This document shows, piece after piece, positions 63,434-64,000 of a stretch of DNA of 64,000 nucleotides. The notes under the pieces were generated by a model, which worked only from the letters and a program-made list of their open reading frames with translations, searched no databases and was not told where the DNA came from. Positions within the stretch are counted from its first letter, which is position 1, and each line of letters starts with the position of its first letter. A program made the position numbers and the translations under genes. This DNA comes from Chloroflexota bacterium (GTDB lineage: Bacteria > Chloroflexota > UBA11872 > VXOZ01): contig CATQHC010000002.1 in NCBI GenBank assembly GCA_958295775.1, positions 653,663 to 717,662 on the forward strand, given 5' to 3'.

Positions 63434-64000
63434 ATGAATGTGCTGGAGGCGATCGCCAAAATCCTGAAGTTGGAAGGCGTGGAATGGGTCTCATGCTACC
63501 CTTCCAACGAGCTCATCGAAGCGGTAGCTAAAGAAGGCATCCGCACCATCATGTTCAGGCAGGAACGTGGTGCGATCATGGCCGCCGATGGGTACAGCCG
63601 CGTCAATAACCGGCAGAAATTCGGTGTGGTCATCACCCAGGGAGGCCCCGGTGCGGAAAACTCGATGGGCGGCATCGCCCAGGCGTTTGCTGATAGTATT
63701 CCCATTTTGTACCTTACTGCCGGCCCGCATTTGAGCCGATACGCCGTGCGGCCGGACTTTTCCCCGGTTCGCACCTATCAGAGCGTTTCCAAACATGGCG
63801 AAGTCATCATGGATCCCGGTCAGGTTGCCAGCACAATGCGCCGGGCGTTTCATGCCCTCCGAAACGGGACTCCCGGCCCGGTGATAGTCGAAGTCCCCTT
63901 TGATATGGATGATCAGGTTGTCCCTGAGGAGACGGCGCACTATCAACCGCCCCGCAGGTCCCCGCAACATCCGTCAAGCAACGATGTCAAGGAAGCGGCC
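63434..64000 (+). CDS. Thiamine-pyrophosphate-dependent enzyme (acetolactate-synthase-like), 5' partial, runs off window end
   Basis: AAGGAGA RBS then MNVLEAI...; TPP-enzyme N-terminal domain pattern (GVVITQGGPGAEN); no stop before window end. Confidence 0.75.
   Translation, partial: MNVLEAIAKILKLEGVEWVSCYPSNELIEAVAKEGIRTIMFRQERGAIMAADGYSRVNNRQKFGVVITQGGPGAENSMGGIAQAFADSIPILYLTAGPHLSRYAVRPDFSPVRTYQSVSKHGEVIMDPGQVASTMRRAFHALRNGTPGPVIVEVPFDMDDQVVPEETAHYQPPRRSPQHPSSNDVKEAA

Noticed and set aside
58438-64000. Expected 23S/5S rRNA genes downstream of tRNA-Ala
   Set aside because: No rRNA-like sequence is present downstream of either tRNA-Ala copy; the region is protein-coding.

Overview
High-GC (~60-65%) bacterial chromosomal segment; lineage not determinable from the window. 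Dense, mostly housekeeping content. (1) A rex gene followed by a complex-I operon nuoA-B-C-D-G-H-I-J-K-L-M-N, notably without nuoE/nuoF, ending in tRNA-Arg(CCG). (2) A CPT-like P-loop kinase next to that tRNA, then an AttEFGH-like ABC transporter with a lipocalin/CrtC-like lipoprotein. (3) rarA, small membrane proteins, and an exopolysaccharide locus (2 GT4, priming phosphoglycosyltransferase, tandem Wzz/CpsC-like pair, BY-kinase). (4) holB, fmdB, an MFS transporter, PFK and assorted metabolic genes. (5) A low-GC type II restriction-modification pair inserted directly after a heterodimeric FAD oxidase / homocysteine-methyltransferase cluster. (6) tRNA-His, a 16S rRNA gene followed by tRNA-Ile and tRNA-Ala but no 23S/5S. 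Immediately after tRNA-Ala lies a ~1.5 kb low-GC islet encoding a translationally coupled pair of predicted nuclease-fold proteins (PD-(D/E)xK-like + PIN-like), a candidate novel toxin-antitoxin/defence module, plus a small ORF. About 3.1 kb downstream there is a degenerate second copy of tRNA-Ala, an att-site-like footprint. The window ends with a 2-hydroxyacid dehydrogenase and the 5' end of a TPP-dependent enzyme. No CRISPR array, transposase or integrase was seen.
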